From NCBI GenBank assembly GCA_027364705.1, contig DAHXOU010000045.1:1-33649 (forward strand): a stretch of 33,649 nt of DNA. The letters run 5' to 3'. This document shows, piece by piece, positions 9,886-18,765 of this stretch. The stretch comes from Nanobdellota archaeon. GTDB taxonomy: Archaea > Nanobdellota > Nanobdellia > Pacearchaeales > GW2011-AR1. Positions within the stretch are counted from its first letter, which is position 1. Each line of letters begins with the position of its first letter. Made by a program: the position numbers and the translations under genes. The notes beneath the pieces are model-generated. The model ran no database searches, was not told the origin of the DNA, and worked only from the letters and a program-made list of their open reading frames with translations.

Positions 9886-10524
9886 ATGATTCATAATAGA
9901 CATCTTCATAAAAAAATTCATAGAAGAATTCACAGAAAATTAGAAAAGCATAGTCCTGAAGCTGTAAAGAAAGCGAGGAAAATATTTTCTTTTAGATATC
10001 CTAAATTAATTTTCCTTGTTTTAATGATTATATCTGCATATTACATTTTCTCAAGACCATTTATGCATAATTTCCTAAATTCTTTTAAGGAACTTGGAAA
10101 TTTAGGAATTCTCCTCTCAGGAGCATTAACTGCAATCGGATTTACAGCTCCATTTGGGATAGGATTTTTGACTTCAATAGGTAAAGAAAAGATTTTATTC
10201 GCTGCGATAATAGCTTCGATAGGAGCAACCATAGCCGATTTAATTATCTTCAAAACAGTAAAATTTTCTTTTTTGGATGAATTTAAAAAACTTGAAAATA
10301 CTCCTGTGATTAAAGAGATAAAACATTTGGTTAAGAAACATAAACATCTTGCAATCAATCATTATCTACTCTATATTTTTGCAGGCATACTTCTGGCAAC
10401 CCCGCTCCCAGACGAACTTGGAATTTCTATGCTTGCAGGATTAACAACAATAAAACCAATAAAACTGTCTGTAATTTGTTTTCTTCTGCATGGTGCATTT
10501 ATTTCATTGATATTATTGATATAA
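9886..10524 (+). CDS. Multi-pass membrane protein (possibly DedA/VTT-like) with His/basic N-terminus
   Basis: About 5-6 hydrophobic segments, GATIADL..F and TPLPDELG motifs. Confidence 0.7.
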   Translation: MIHNRHLHKKIHRRIHRKLEKHSPEAVKKARKIFSFRYPKLIFLVLMIISAYYIFSRPFMHNFLNSFKELGNLGILLSGALTAIGFTAPFGIGFLTSIGKEKILFAAIIASIGATIADLIIFKTVKFSFLDEFKKLENTPVIKEIKHLVKKHKHLAINHYLLYIFAGILLATPLPDELGISMLAGLTTIKPIKLSVICFLLHGAFISLILLI

Positions 10525-10563
10525 GCAAATCTTTTAAATAAGAAGCGAGTTGTAAATTAGAAT

Positions 10564-10769
10564 GCCCCTGTAGTCTAGAGGCCAAGGATTCCACCCTCTC
10601 AAATGATTAGAGTTTGAGCAGGATAAAATCCTGTTTAACAGAATTTAATGAAAATTAAATTCATAATGAGAGGTGATCAAAACTCGATGAGAGCAGAGAT
10701 CTATGCATCTCAATGCAATCTCTCATTGGAGTACGGTGGCGACCCGAGTTCAAATCTCGGCGGGGGCAT
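10564..10769 (+). tRNA. tRNA-Glu(CTC) with 132-nt intron at position 37/38 (intron 10602-10733)
   Basis: 5' exon GCCCCTG...CCACC-CT-CTC-A; 3' exon C-GGTGG-CGAC-CCGAG-TTCAAAT-CTCGG-CGGGGGC-A; BHB-like junction with central helix CTCT/GGAG and bulges CAA and TAC. Confidence 0.9.
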
Positions 10770-10853
10770 TAACATTGAATGAAAAACTAATTCAAATTAG
10801 ATTCTCTTCGGACAAAGTTTAAATATAAGAAATACCTTGAGAAATAAAGAGGA

Positions 10854-12182
10854 ATGAAAAAAAAATTTTTCATAGTAATATGTGCAGTAGTTGTTATTCT
10901 GATTCTTGGTTATTTTTTATATTCAAATACAATGATTAAACCAAAAATAATGCCTGGGGGAGAAGTAGGGTTAAAATTAATTGCAGACAATTTTGTTTCA
11001 CCTGTAGATATTAGATTTTATGATGATTCGGGAAAATTATTCGTAGTTGACAGACCTGGAATAATAAAAATAATAAATGCCGACGGAACAGTACAGAAAG
11101 AACCATTTTTGAATATAACAGATAGAGTAGTTTCATTAAACCCAAGTTATGACGAAAGGGGATTGTTAGGTTTAGCTTTTCATCCTGATTTCAAAAATAG
11201 CGGAAAATTTTATGTTTTTTACAACACTAAATTAAGAACAAGTGCAAGACAAAATTGGGATTCAACAATAAGAATTTCAGAGTTTAATATTCTAGAAGAA
11301 AATAAAGCAGACCCGAAATCAGAAGAAATTTTAATGGAAATTGACCACCCACAAATGAACCACAATGGAGGACAGATTTTATTTGGAAAAGACGGTTACT
11401 TATATATCTCACTCGGTGATGGAGGAAATGCAAATGATGTTGGAGAAGGACACAATCCTGAAACAGGAAATGGTCAAGATACATTTACTCTTCTTGGAAA
11501 AATATTGAGGATTGATGTGAACAACAAAACTTCATTAAGAAATTATGGAATTCCAGCAGACAATCCTTTTAGCGATGGTAAAAATGGATTAAAAGAGATT
11601 TATGCATATGGATTCAGAAATCCATGGAGAATGTCCTTTGATACGGAAACAGGAAATTTGTATGTAGGAGATGCTGGACAAAATATATGGGAAGAAATAG
11701 ATAAAGTTGAAAAAGGAAAAAATTATGGTTGGAATCTAAAAGAAGGAACTCATTGTTTTTCTCCAGAAAGTGCAAATAAATCTCCTGCAAATTGTTCGAA
11801 TGTAGGATATAAAGGCGAAGCATTAATTGATCCTTTTATAGAATATCTAAATGCCCAACAAAAAGGCGGAATTGGACATACTAACGTCGGAGGATTTATG
11901 TACAGAGGAATAGCAATCCCCGAATTTTTTGGAAAGTTTATATTCGGAGATTGGAGTACTGATTTCACAAAGACAGATGGAACATTGTTAATTGCAGAAC
12001 CATCACAGGGATTGTGGAAGATAAAGGAAATAAAAATAGCAAATCGAACTAACGGAAAAATTGGAGAAGCAATACTCGGATTAGGGCATGATGCAGATAA
12101 TGAACTATATGTTCTTACAACAAAAAAAATAGGTCCTGACAGCAATACAGGAAAAGTCTACAAAATAATTCCAAAAAGATAA
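10854..12182 (+). CDS. Membrane-anchored PQQ-dependent glucose/sorbosone dehydrogenase family protein
   Basis: N-terminal TM anchor; ERGLLGLAFHPDF, NHNGG...FG.DGYLYI..GDGG, GKILRID, YGFRNPWR, NYGW. Confidence 0.92.
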   Translation: MKKKFFIVICAVVVILILGYFLYSNTMIKPKIMPGGEVGLKLIADNFVSPVDIRFYDDSGKLFVVDRPGIIKIINADGTVQKEPFLNITDRVVSLNPSYDERGLLGLAFHPDFKNSGKFYVFYNTKLRTSARQNWDSTIRISEFNILEENKADPKSEEILMEIDHPQMNHNGGQILFGKDGYLYISLGDGGNANDVGEGHNPETGNGQDTFTLLGKILRIDVNNKTSLRNYGIPADNPFSDGKNGLKEIYAYGFRNPWRMSFDTETGNLYVGDAGQNIWEEIDKVEKGKNYGWNLKEGTHCFSPESANKSPANCSNVGYKGEALIDPFIEYLNAQQKGGIGHTNVGGFMYRGIAIPEFFGKFIFGDWSTDFTKTDGTLLIAEPSQGLWKIKEIKIANRTNGKIGEAILGLGHDADNELYVLTTKKIGPDSNTGKVYKIIPKR

Positions 12183-12785
12183 TTATTCAAAAACCATTCT
12201 GGCATCTACGACAATTGCTTTGTCTTTTTCAACCATTAAAGGATTAATATCCAGCTCAGTTATGTTAGAATATCTTTTTGATAATCTGCAGAGTTGAAAA
12301 ATATTTTTCTTAATCGCATTTAATTCTTCTTCAGTTATATTTTCCTTGATTTCTTTAATCATATTGACAGCTTCATCATCATTAAGCGGACAGACTCTGA
12401 ATGCAACTTTCTTTATTTGTTCAACACTTGTTCCACCTATTCCGAAAGCAAGAACATGACCAAACTCTTTTGTTGCTTTAAGTCCAAGAATAAATTCTTC
12501 TCCTGAAATTTGTTTCTGCAAAATAACACCTTCAGCATCCTGAATTTTTATAAAAGTATCAAAAATCTTCTCTGCCTGTTCAATAGTTTCTATTTTAGTT
12601 TTAACTCCACCAATTCTGTTCTTATGTAAAATTTTCTGCCCCGAAACTTTCATAACAAGAGGAAAACCCATCTTACCAACAGCGTCAGCAAGTTCACTTT
12701 TATCTTTGATGAAAAGAGTGTCAATAACTTCAAATCCCTGTTCATTCAAAAAAACTTCAGCTTCTTTTTCAGCAAAAATCTTCAT
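12183..12785 (-). CDS. acdB: ADP-forming acetate--CoA ligase beta (ATP-grasp) subunit
   Basis: GFPLVMKV, ILHK..IGGV, EFG....FGIGG, ELDINPL, VDARM. Confidence 0.88.
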   Translation of the reverse strand: MKIFAEKEAEVFLNEQGFEVIDTLFIKDKSELADAVGKMGFPLVMKVSGQKILHKNRIGGVKTKIETIEQAEKIFDTFIKIQDAEGVILQKQISGEEFILGLKATKEFGHVLAFGIGGTSVEQIKKVAFRVCPLNDDEAVNMIKEIKENITEEELNAIKKNIFQLCRLSKRYSNITELDINPLMVEKDKAIVVDARMVFE

Positions 12786-12804
12786 TCTGCAAAAAAGAAA
12801 TTTA

Positions 12805-12814
12805 TTTATATATA
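12805..12814. promoter_or_regulatory. Bidirectional TATA element between divergent acdB and acdA
   Basis: TTTATATATA centred in a 48-bp gap, about 20-30 nt from both start codons. Confidence 0.6.
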
Positions 12815-12833
12815 CTTTTCGCCATTAAATTGT

Positions 12834-14060
12834 ATGTTAAAATTTTTAAGAATAAAAGAGCTGGGAAAATTCCTTACCCCAAAGAACATAGCCGTAATCG
12901 GAGCGTCGGAAATAGAAGGGAAAGTAGGGTATACTTTAATGAGAAAACTTCTAAAGTTTGAAGGAGAAATAATCCCAATAAACATAGAGAAAGAAACAAT
13001 CTTTGAAAAGAAAGCTTACCATTCTGTTCTAGATTACCCAAAAAAGATCGACCTTGCAGTAATTGCAATTCCCTCAACGCATGTAAAAAATGTCCTCGAA
13101 GAATGTGGAAAAAAGAAAATAAAAAATGTAATTATAATCAGTGCAGGTTTTTCAGAATCTGGAAATAAAGAATTAGAAAATGAATTGACGGAGATAACAA
13201 AAAAATATGGTATTAATCTCATCGGACCAAATTGTTTTGGAGTTGCAAATCCTTACTTAAACTTAGACACAACTTTCGCAAATCGTTCTGCAAAAGAAGG
13301 AGACATTGCATTCATAAGTCAGAGCGGAGCATTGTGGAGTTACATTGCTGACGTATCTTCTTCCGACGGTAGTTTAGGATTTTCAGGATTTGTCAGTCTT
13401 GGAAATATGGCAGATTTAGAATTCTGCGATTTCATAGAATATTTTAGCAAGGATAAAAAAACAAAAAAAATAGTTCTTTACATTGAAAGACTAAAAGACG
13501 GAAAAAGATTTATCAAAGTCTGCAAAAAAAGCAAAAAAGAAATAATTGTAATAAAATCAGGAAGAACAAAAACAGGAAGCGAAGCAACTTTAAGTCATAC
13601 AGGAAGTCTTGCAACAGACTATGAAATCTACAAAGGTGCATTCAAACAGGCAGGAGTCAGATTAGAAAGTTCATTCCTTTCTGCATTCGGCATTTCAAAT
13701 TTGAAGATAGAACCCAAAGGGAAAAAAATTGGAATTATCACAAATGCAGGAGGAGCAGGAGCTTTAGTTACTGACCATCTTGTTGAAGAAGGATATGAAG
13801 CACTTCCGCCAGTTGATGTTCTGGGAACCGCTCTTGCTAAAGATTACAAAAATGCTTTTGAAGATTTGAAAGACAAAGTTGATTCTCTGATAATAATATT
13901 GACACCACAGAGCATGTCTCAGCCAGATGAACTTGCAAAAGAAATTGTCAAATTCTCGAAGGTAAAACCAGTAATTGCTTTTTTGCTCGGGGCAGAATCA
14001 ATAAAGAAAGCAAAAAGCATTTTAGAAAAAAATAAGATTCCCTGTATTACCAACATATAA
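12834..14060 (+). CDS. acdA: ADP-forming acetate--CoA ligase alpha (CoA-binding) subunit
   Basis: AVIGAS, IISAGFSE, GPNCFG, SQSGAL, SLGN.AD, catalytic SHTGSLA, TNAGG.G. Confidence 0.9.
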   Translation: MLKFLRIKELGKFLTPKNIAVIGASEIEGKVGYTLMRKLLKFEGEIIPINIEKETIFEKKAYHSVLDYPKKIDLAVIAIPSTHVKNVLEECGKKKIKNVIIISAGFSESGNKELENELTEITKKYGINLIGPNCFGVANPYLNLDTTFANRSAKEGDIAFISQSGALWSYIADVSSSDGSLGFSGFVSLGNMADLEFCDFIEYFSKDKKTKKIVLYIERLKDGKRFIKVCKKSKKEIIVIKSGRTKTGSEATLSHTGSLATDYEIYKGAFKQAGVRLESSFLSAFGISNLKIEPKGKKIGIITNAGGAGALVTDHLVEEGYEALPPVDVLGTALAKDYKNAFEDLKDKVDSLIIILTPQSMSQPDELAKEIVKFSKVKPVIAFLLGAESIKKAKSILEKNKIPCITNI

Positions 14061-14062
14061 TC

Positions 14063-14719
14063 ATGAACAAGTTATCTGACAGAATTGACGCAGTAATGAA
14101 TATTCTTAGAAAAAAATTTCCAATAAGCAAAACCACTCTCAATAAAATGAGAAAAAATCCAAATGCTTTCAAAATTTTAATTTCTTGTCTTCTATCATTA
14201 AGAACACAGGACAAAAATACAGAAATAGCTTCAGGAAGATTATTTGCCGTCGCGGATACTCCAAAAGAAATTATCGCGCTTCCTATGAGAAAACTGGAAA
14301 AATTAATCTTCTCGTCAGGACATTACAGAAAAAAAGCCAGAACATTAAAACATGTTTCAAAAGTTTTACTTGAAAGATTCGACGGCAAAGTTCCTAAAAC
14401 AAGAGAAGAATTAATGAGCATAAAAGGAATCGGTCCAAAAACAGCGAATATAGTTTTAGCTTTTGCTTTCGGACAAAAAGTTCTTCCGATTGACACGCAC
14501 TGTCACAGAATTCCAAATCGCCTCGGTTGGGTAAAAACAAAAACTCCTGAACAAACAGAAGCAGAACTAAACAAAATTCTTCCAAAAAAATATTGGTCCG
14601 ATTTTAATTCAATTTTCATTCAATTTGGAAAAACAATTTGTCAGCCAGTTTCTCCTTTTTGCTCGACGTGCCCGATAAACAAATATTGCTCAAGAATTGG
14701 TGTTGTGAGAAGCAGATAA
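14063..14719 (+). CDS. nth: Endonuclease III (HhH-GPD, 4Fe-4S)
   Basis: LLSLRTQD, GIGPKTAN, IDTHCHRI, C-x6-C-x2-C-x5-C cluster motif. Confidence 0.95.
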   Translation: MNKLSDRIDAVMNILRKKFPISKTTLNKMRKNPNAFKILISCLLSLRTQDKNTEIASGRLFAVADTPKEIIALPMRKLEKLIFSSGHYRKKARTLKHVSKVLLERFDGKVPKTREELMSIKGIGPKTANIVLAFAFGQKVLPIDTHCHRIPNRLGWVKTKTPEQTEAELNKILPKKYWSDFNSIFIQFGKTICQPVSPFCSTCPINKYCSRIGVVRSR

Positions 14720-14746
14720 TTTTATATTCTGTTTATTCATCAATTA

Positions 14747-14917
14747 ATGATGATAGAAAATTATGTAGAGTCCGTTAGAACAATTCCAATTAAAATAGAA
14801 AAGAATCCTAAGTTTTACAAAATTATCGACGATTATATAGAAAAGTCAACAGAGCTTCTTTTCAGAAAAAAGGAAAAAATTGAATCAGATGATTTTTATG
14901 ACAGAGCAGTTTACTAA
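14747..14917 (+). CDS. Small hypothetical protein (56 aa, below ORF-track cutoff)
   Basis: MMIENYVESVRTIPIKIEKNPKFYKIIDDYIEKSTELLFRKKEKIESDDFYDRAVY fills the gap; TTTTATAT at about 14720. Confidence 0.5.
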   Translation: MMIENYVESVRTIPIKIEKNPKFYKIIDDYIEKSTELLFRKKEKIESDDFYDRAVY

Positions 14918-14954
14918 TCAAAATATTTAATAACACAAAAACATATATTTTACA

Positions 14955-15554
14955 ATGGTAGACATCAGAAAAATAATAATTATCTTCGTCGTTGCTGTTC
15001 TTTTTTCTGTTTTAGTCTTTGCAGTTATTGAAGCAGTTTATCCTTCTCCAGAATATAATGATTTCTGCAATACACCTAATTATTATATGGGTAAACCAGA
15101 TGGTACGACAGGAACTTGTCCGAATATAACTATTGACCAGGCAGACAGAAATTCCTGCGATGAACAAAAAGGTTATATCGAATTTTCAGAATATGATACA
15201 AATAATTGCCCACAAAATTATTTCTGTAATACATGTCAAAATGAATTAAGTTTAGCACAGGAACAGTATAATAGAATGGTATTCTACATTTCAGCAATTC
15301 TAGCACTGATAGCAATTTTCATAGGATTATTCCTTCCCGCAAAAGAAAACAGTTTAAATGAATGGATTGGAACCGGTTTCATGTTAGGTGGAACTTTCGC
15401 ACTAATTTTCGGAACTGCAACTTCATTTATCTCCCTTGACAGATACGCAAGACCAATAATTATCCTCGCGGAGTTAATCTTAGTAATATTTATTTCTTAC
15501 AAAAAGATAGGGAATTTAAGAGAAGATAAGAAAAAAAGTTCTAAAAAGAAGTAA
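14955..15554 (+). CDS. Four-TM membrane protein with six-Cys extracytoplasmic loop
   Basis: TM1, loop PEYNDFC...C...C...C....C..C, then three TM segments and basic tail. Confidence 0.8.
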   Translation: MVDIRKIIIIFVVAVLFSVLVFAVIEAVYPSPEYNDFCNTPNYYMGKPDGTTGTCPNITIDQADRNSCDEQKGYIEFSEYDTNNCPQNYFCNTCQNELSLAQEQYNRMVFYISAILALIAIFIGLFLPAKENSLNEWIGTGFMLGGTFALIFGTATSFISLDRYARPIIILAELILVIFISYKKIGNLREDKKKSSKKK

Positions 15555-15591
15555 TCAAAATCTTTAAAAACCAAATTTATCTCAACTCATT

Positions 15592-15708
15592 ATGAAAAGA
15601 TCAAGCCGTAGATGGAAAAAGAAACGCCAGATGAGATGGAAATGGCAAAGAAAGAGACTCAAGAAAGAAAAGCATAAGAGAAAGATGCGAAGAGAAAGAG
15701 CTAAATAA
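15592..15708 (+). CDS. rpl41e: Ribosomal protein eL41 (L41e/eS32), 38 aa
   Basis: MKRSSRRWKKKRQMRWKWQRKRLKKEKHKRKMRRERAK has the MR.KW.KKR core; own TATA (TTTAAAAA about 15563). Confidence 0.88.
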   Translation: MKRSSRRWKKKRQMRWKWQRKRLKKEKHKRKMRRERAK

Positions 15709-15771
15709 ATATTATAATTAGCATAATTCTAGTATAAAAAAGATTAAAAATAAACTAAAATTTCTCGAACT

Positions 15772-16083
15772 ATGAGTCAGAGGAATCTAGCGATTAAAGG
15801 TTCAACAGAAATAGATGGTGAATTCTTAAGACATTTTATTCCATTAGAATGTTATCAAACGGCAAATTTAAGAATAGACAATAGCGTAGAGAAAAAATTC
15901 GAAAGAATCATTGAAAAAGAGGCAAACAGAATAAGAGCAGATTTAGCAGTTATAACCGCAATAAATGAAAGTAGAATAACTGAAACGTCTAACAAAGAGA
16001 TTATTTTCTATCAAAAAATATACCATTCAAGAAATAGACAAAGAACATATAATCATTACAATAATATTTATAAGTTCAGGTGA
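15772..16083 (+). CDS. Hypothetical protein
   Basis: 103-aa ORF filling the gap before rfcS; no recognisable motif. Confidence 0.5.
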   Translation: MSQRNLAIKGSTEIDGEFLRHFIPLECYQTANLRIDNSVEKKFERIIEKEANRIRADLAVITAINESRITETSNKEIIFYQKIYHSRNRQRTYNHYNNIYKFR

Positions 16084-16095
16084 AAAATAATATAT

Positions 16096-17055
16096 ATGAC
16101 TGCTATTTGGACAGAAAAATACAGGCCATCTAAATTCTCGGAACTTGTCGGCCAGGATAATATTGTAAAAAGAGTCGAAGCACTGACGGGTTCTATGAAC
16201 ATCCCGCACATGCTTATCGCAGGACCAGCAGGAACAGGAAAATCCAGCATGGCTGTAATAATCGTAAAAGAGCTGTATAAAGAAAACTGGAAAGATAATT
16301 ATCTGGAACTTAATGCTTCTGATGAAAGAGGAATAAATGTAGTAAGAGAAAAAGTAAAAAACTTCGCGAGAACAAAATCTCTCGGAAATGTTCCTTTCAA
16401 AATTATATTCCTTGATGAAGCAGATGCTCTAACTCCTGAAGCTCAGCAGGCACTAAGAAGAACAATGGAAAATTATTCTGCAACATGTAGATTCATTCTG
16501 TCGTGCAACTATTCAAGCAAAGTTATAGACCCAATCCAGTCACGATGTGCAATATTCAAATTCAAACTGTTAGAAAAAAAAGATATAGAAAAAGTAATTG
16601 CAAGAATTTCTGAAAAGGAAAAACTAACAATAGGTCCCGAAGCAATTGAAATATTGTACGAAGGATGTGAAGGAGATTGCCGAAGGTGCATCAATATACT
16701 TCAGTCAACATCATCAATTTCTCCGTCAATAACTCCTGAACTTATATCCACAATTATTTCAAACACAAAACCAAAAGATATCAAAGTAGTTCTTGATTAT
16801 GCAATTTCAGGAGATTTTCAGAAAGCAAAAGAAAAGCTTCTCGATATAATGTTAAAAGAAAGTATTTCTGGACAAGACGTTATAAAAGCTATCCAAAAAG
16901 AAATATGGAATCTTCCTGTTGAACCTACGATAAAAGTTAAATTGACAGAAAAAACAGGTGAGGCAGAATTCAGAATTGTCGAAGGCTCAGACCCTTTCAT
17001 CCAACTACAAGCTCTTCTGGCGAGTTTTGTTCTTGCTGGTTTGGGAAAGGAATAA
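16096..17055 (+). CDS. rfcS: Replication factor C small subunit
   Basis: WTEKYRP, GPAGTGKS, LELNASDERG, LDEADAL, IQSRC, GDCRR. Confidence 0.97.
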   Translation: MTAIWTEKYRPSKFSELVGQDNIVKRVEALTGSMNIPHMLIAGPAGTGKSSMAVIIVKELYKENWKDNYLELNASDERGINVVREKVKNFARTKSLGNVPFKIIFLDEADALTPEAQQALRRTMENYSATCRFILSCNYSSKVIDPIQSRCAIFKFKLLEKKDIEKVIARISEKEKLTIGPEAIEILYEGCEGDCRRCINILQSTSSISPSITPELISTIISNTKPKDIKVVLDYAISGDFQKAKEKLLDIMLKESISGQDVIKAIQKEIWNLPVEPTIKVKLTEKTGEAEFRIVEGSDPFIQLQALLASFVLAGLGKE

Positions 17056-17056
17056 A

Positions 17057-17590
17057 ATGTCAGAAAATATTGAGGTAGAAATTCGCTCTTTCATATCAAT
17101 AGAACAATATGTAAAATTATTAAATTTTTTTAAAACAAATGCAGAATTTGTAAAAGAAGATTTTCAGGAAACTCATTACTTTGACTCTGAACAGGATTTG
17201 AGAATTCAGAAAAATAACTTTGGTTCAAAAATTTGGATGAAGAAAGGAAAAATCCACGACGATGCAAGAGAAGAAATTGAAATAAAAACTAAAAATGAAG
17301 ATTTTGAAAATCTGAGGAAATTGTTTGATAATTTAGGATATGGTGTAAATATAAAATGGTTGAGAGAAAGAAAACAATTCAGCTGGAACGGAATAAAAGT
17401 TTGTCTTGATTATACAAAAGGTTATGGTTATATAATTGAACTTGAAAAAATTGGTTCAGAAGAAAACAAAGAAAAAATATTGGAAGAGTTGAAACAAAAA
17501 ATGAATGAATTAAACATTCCACTTACATCAAAAGAAGAATTCAACGAGAAATATAATTTCTATAAAGAAAACTGGAGAGATTTGATATGA
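17057..17590 (+). CDS. CYTH domain protein (class IV adenylate cyclase/triphosphatase family)
   Basis: EVEIR, QETHYF, LRI, REEIE, R.R, CLD...GYG..IELE; ATG at 17057 just after the rfcS stop. Confidence 0.88.
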   Translation: MSENIEVEIRSFISIEQYVKLLNFFKTNAEFVKEDFQETHYFDSEQDLRIQKNNFGSKIWMKKGKIHDDAREEIEIKTKNEDFENLRKLFDNLGYGVNIKWLRERKQFSWNGIKVCLDYTKGYGYIIELEKIGSEENKEKILEELKQKMNELNIPLTSKEEFNEKYNFYKENWRDLI

Positions 17591-18765
17591 GTACTTGGAC
17601 AGAAAAATACAGACCGAAAACGTTCGATGAAATAAAAGGGCAGGATGAAGCAATATTCAAGATTAAATTATTTCTGAAAAATTTTGGAAAAAAGAAAAGA
17701 GCAATAATTCTTTACGGACCGCCAGGAGCAGGAAAAACAAGTTTGGCTCATGCAACAGCAAGAGAGAACAATTCTGAAATTTTTGAATTAAATGCTTCTG
17801 ATTTAAGAAATAAACAAAAATTAAATGAGATACTGAGACCAGCAATAGAACAAAAATCTTTGGAAAAAGAAAATAAAATAATTCTCGTCGATGAAGTCGA
17901 TGGAATCTCAGAGTATGACTACGGCGGACTTTCTGAACTTCTGCGAATAATAGAAACAACCCCTTACCCGATGATAATAACTGCTAATGATATTTGGAGC
18001 AAGAAATTCAGTGCATTAAGAAAAAAATGTGAGCTTCTCCCCCTGAATGAAATAAACCATGAAATTGTAACAAAGGTAGTTAAGGATATTTCGCAAAAAG
18101 AAAATATTTCAATCACAGACGACCTGACAACAGAATTGATAATAAAATCAAAAGGAGATTTAAGAGCTGCAATAAATGATTTGCAAACACTTTCAAAACT
18201 TAAGGATTTTTTTGCAATTATTCTCGATGAAAGAAATAAAGAAACAGATATCTTTAATGCACTTAGAAAAGTTTTCAAGGAAAAACCTACAAATGAACTT
18301 CTTGGAGTTTTTGATTCAGTAAATATGTCAACAGATGATTTAATTCTCTGGCTGGAAGAAAATATTCCTGCCGAATATAAAGGAGAAGAACTTGCAAAAG
18401 CATACAATCTTTTGAGCAAGACAGATGTTTTCAGAGGAAGAGTTTACAAACAACAATATTGGAGATTTTTAGTTTATGAAAATATTTTCCTTAGTTATGG
18501 AATCGCTGCATCCAAAAAAATTGCAAAACCAGGATTTACTGCATACCAAAAGCCGTCGAGAATATTGCAGATTTGGTTGAACAATCAAAAAACAATTTAT
18601 AAAAAATCAATATGCGAAAAATATGCACAGCATGTACATATAAGTCAAAAAAAAGCCATGTATGATTTTCCCATAATAAAACAGGTAATAAAATCAAATC
18701 CATTAATTCAGAAAGAGCTTAAATTAGAAGAAGAGGAAATTGCTTATCTGAATTACAAAGTATAA
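17587..18765 (+). CDS. rfcL: Replication factor C large subunit
   Basis: WTEKYRP, GPPGAGKT, ELNASD.R, DEVDGI, GDLRAAINDLQ, W.EENIP. Confidence 0.96.
   Translation: MSTWTEKYRPKTFDEIKGQDEAIFKIKLFLKNFGKKKRAIILYGPPGAGKTSLAHATARENNSEIFELNASDLRNKQKLNEILRPAIEQKSLEKENKIILVDEVDGISEYDYGGLSELLRIIETTPYPMIITANDIWSKKFSALRKKCELLPLNEINHEIVTKVVKDISQKENISITDDLTTELIIKSKGDLRAAINDLQTLSKLKDFFAIILDERNKETDIFNALRKVFKEKPTNELLGVFDSVNMSTDDLILWLEENIPAEYKGEELAKAYNLLSKTDVFRGRVYKQQYWRFLVYENIFLSYGIAASKKIAKPGFTAYQKPSRILQIWLNNQKTIYKKSICEKYAQHVHISQKKAMYDFPIIKQVIKSNPLIQKELKLEEEEIAYLNYKV

Noticed and set aside
10602-10733. tRNA intron as a group I intron or an alternative tRNA-Lys(CTT) splice
   Set aside because: Too short, no P7/G-binding core recognised, BHB-like junction present and the tRNA body is Glu-type
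8875-10769. Integrated element at the tRNA cluster
   Set aside because: No integrase and no duplicated tRNA 3' end seen; intervening genes look like resident membrane proteins
16958-17056. N-terminal extension of the CYTH ORF given in the ORF track
   Set aside because: Overlaps rfcS by about 100 nt; ATG 17057 directly precedes the ExExR motif
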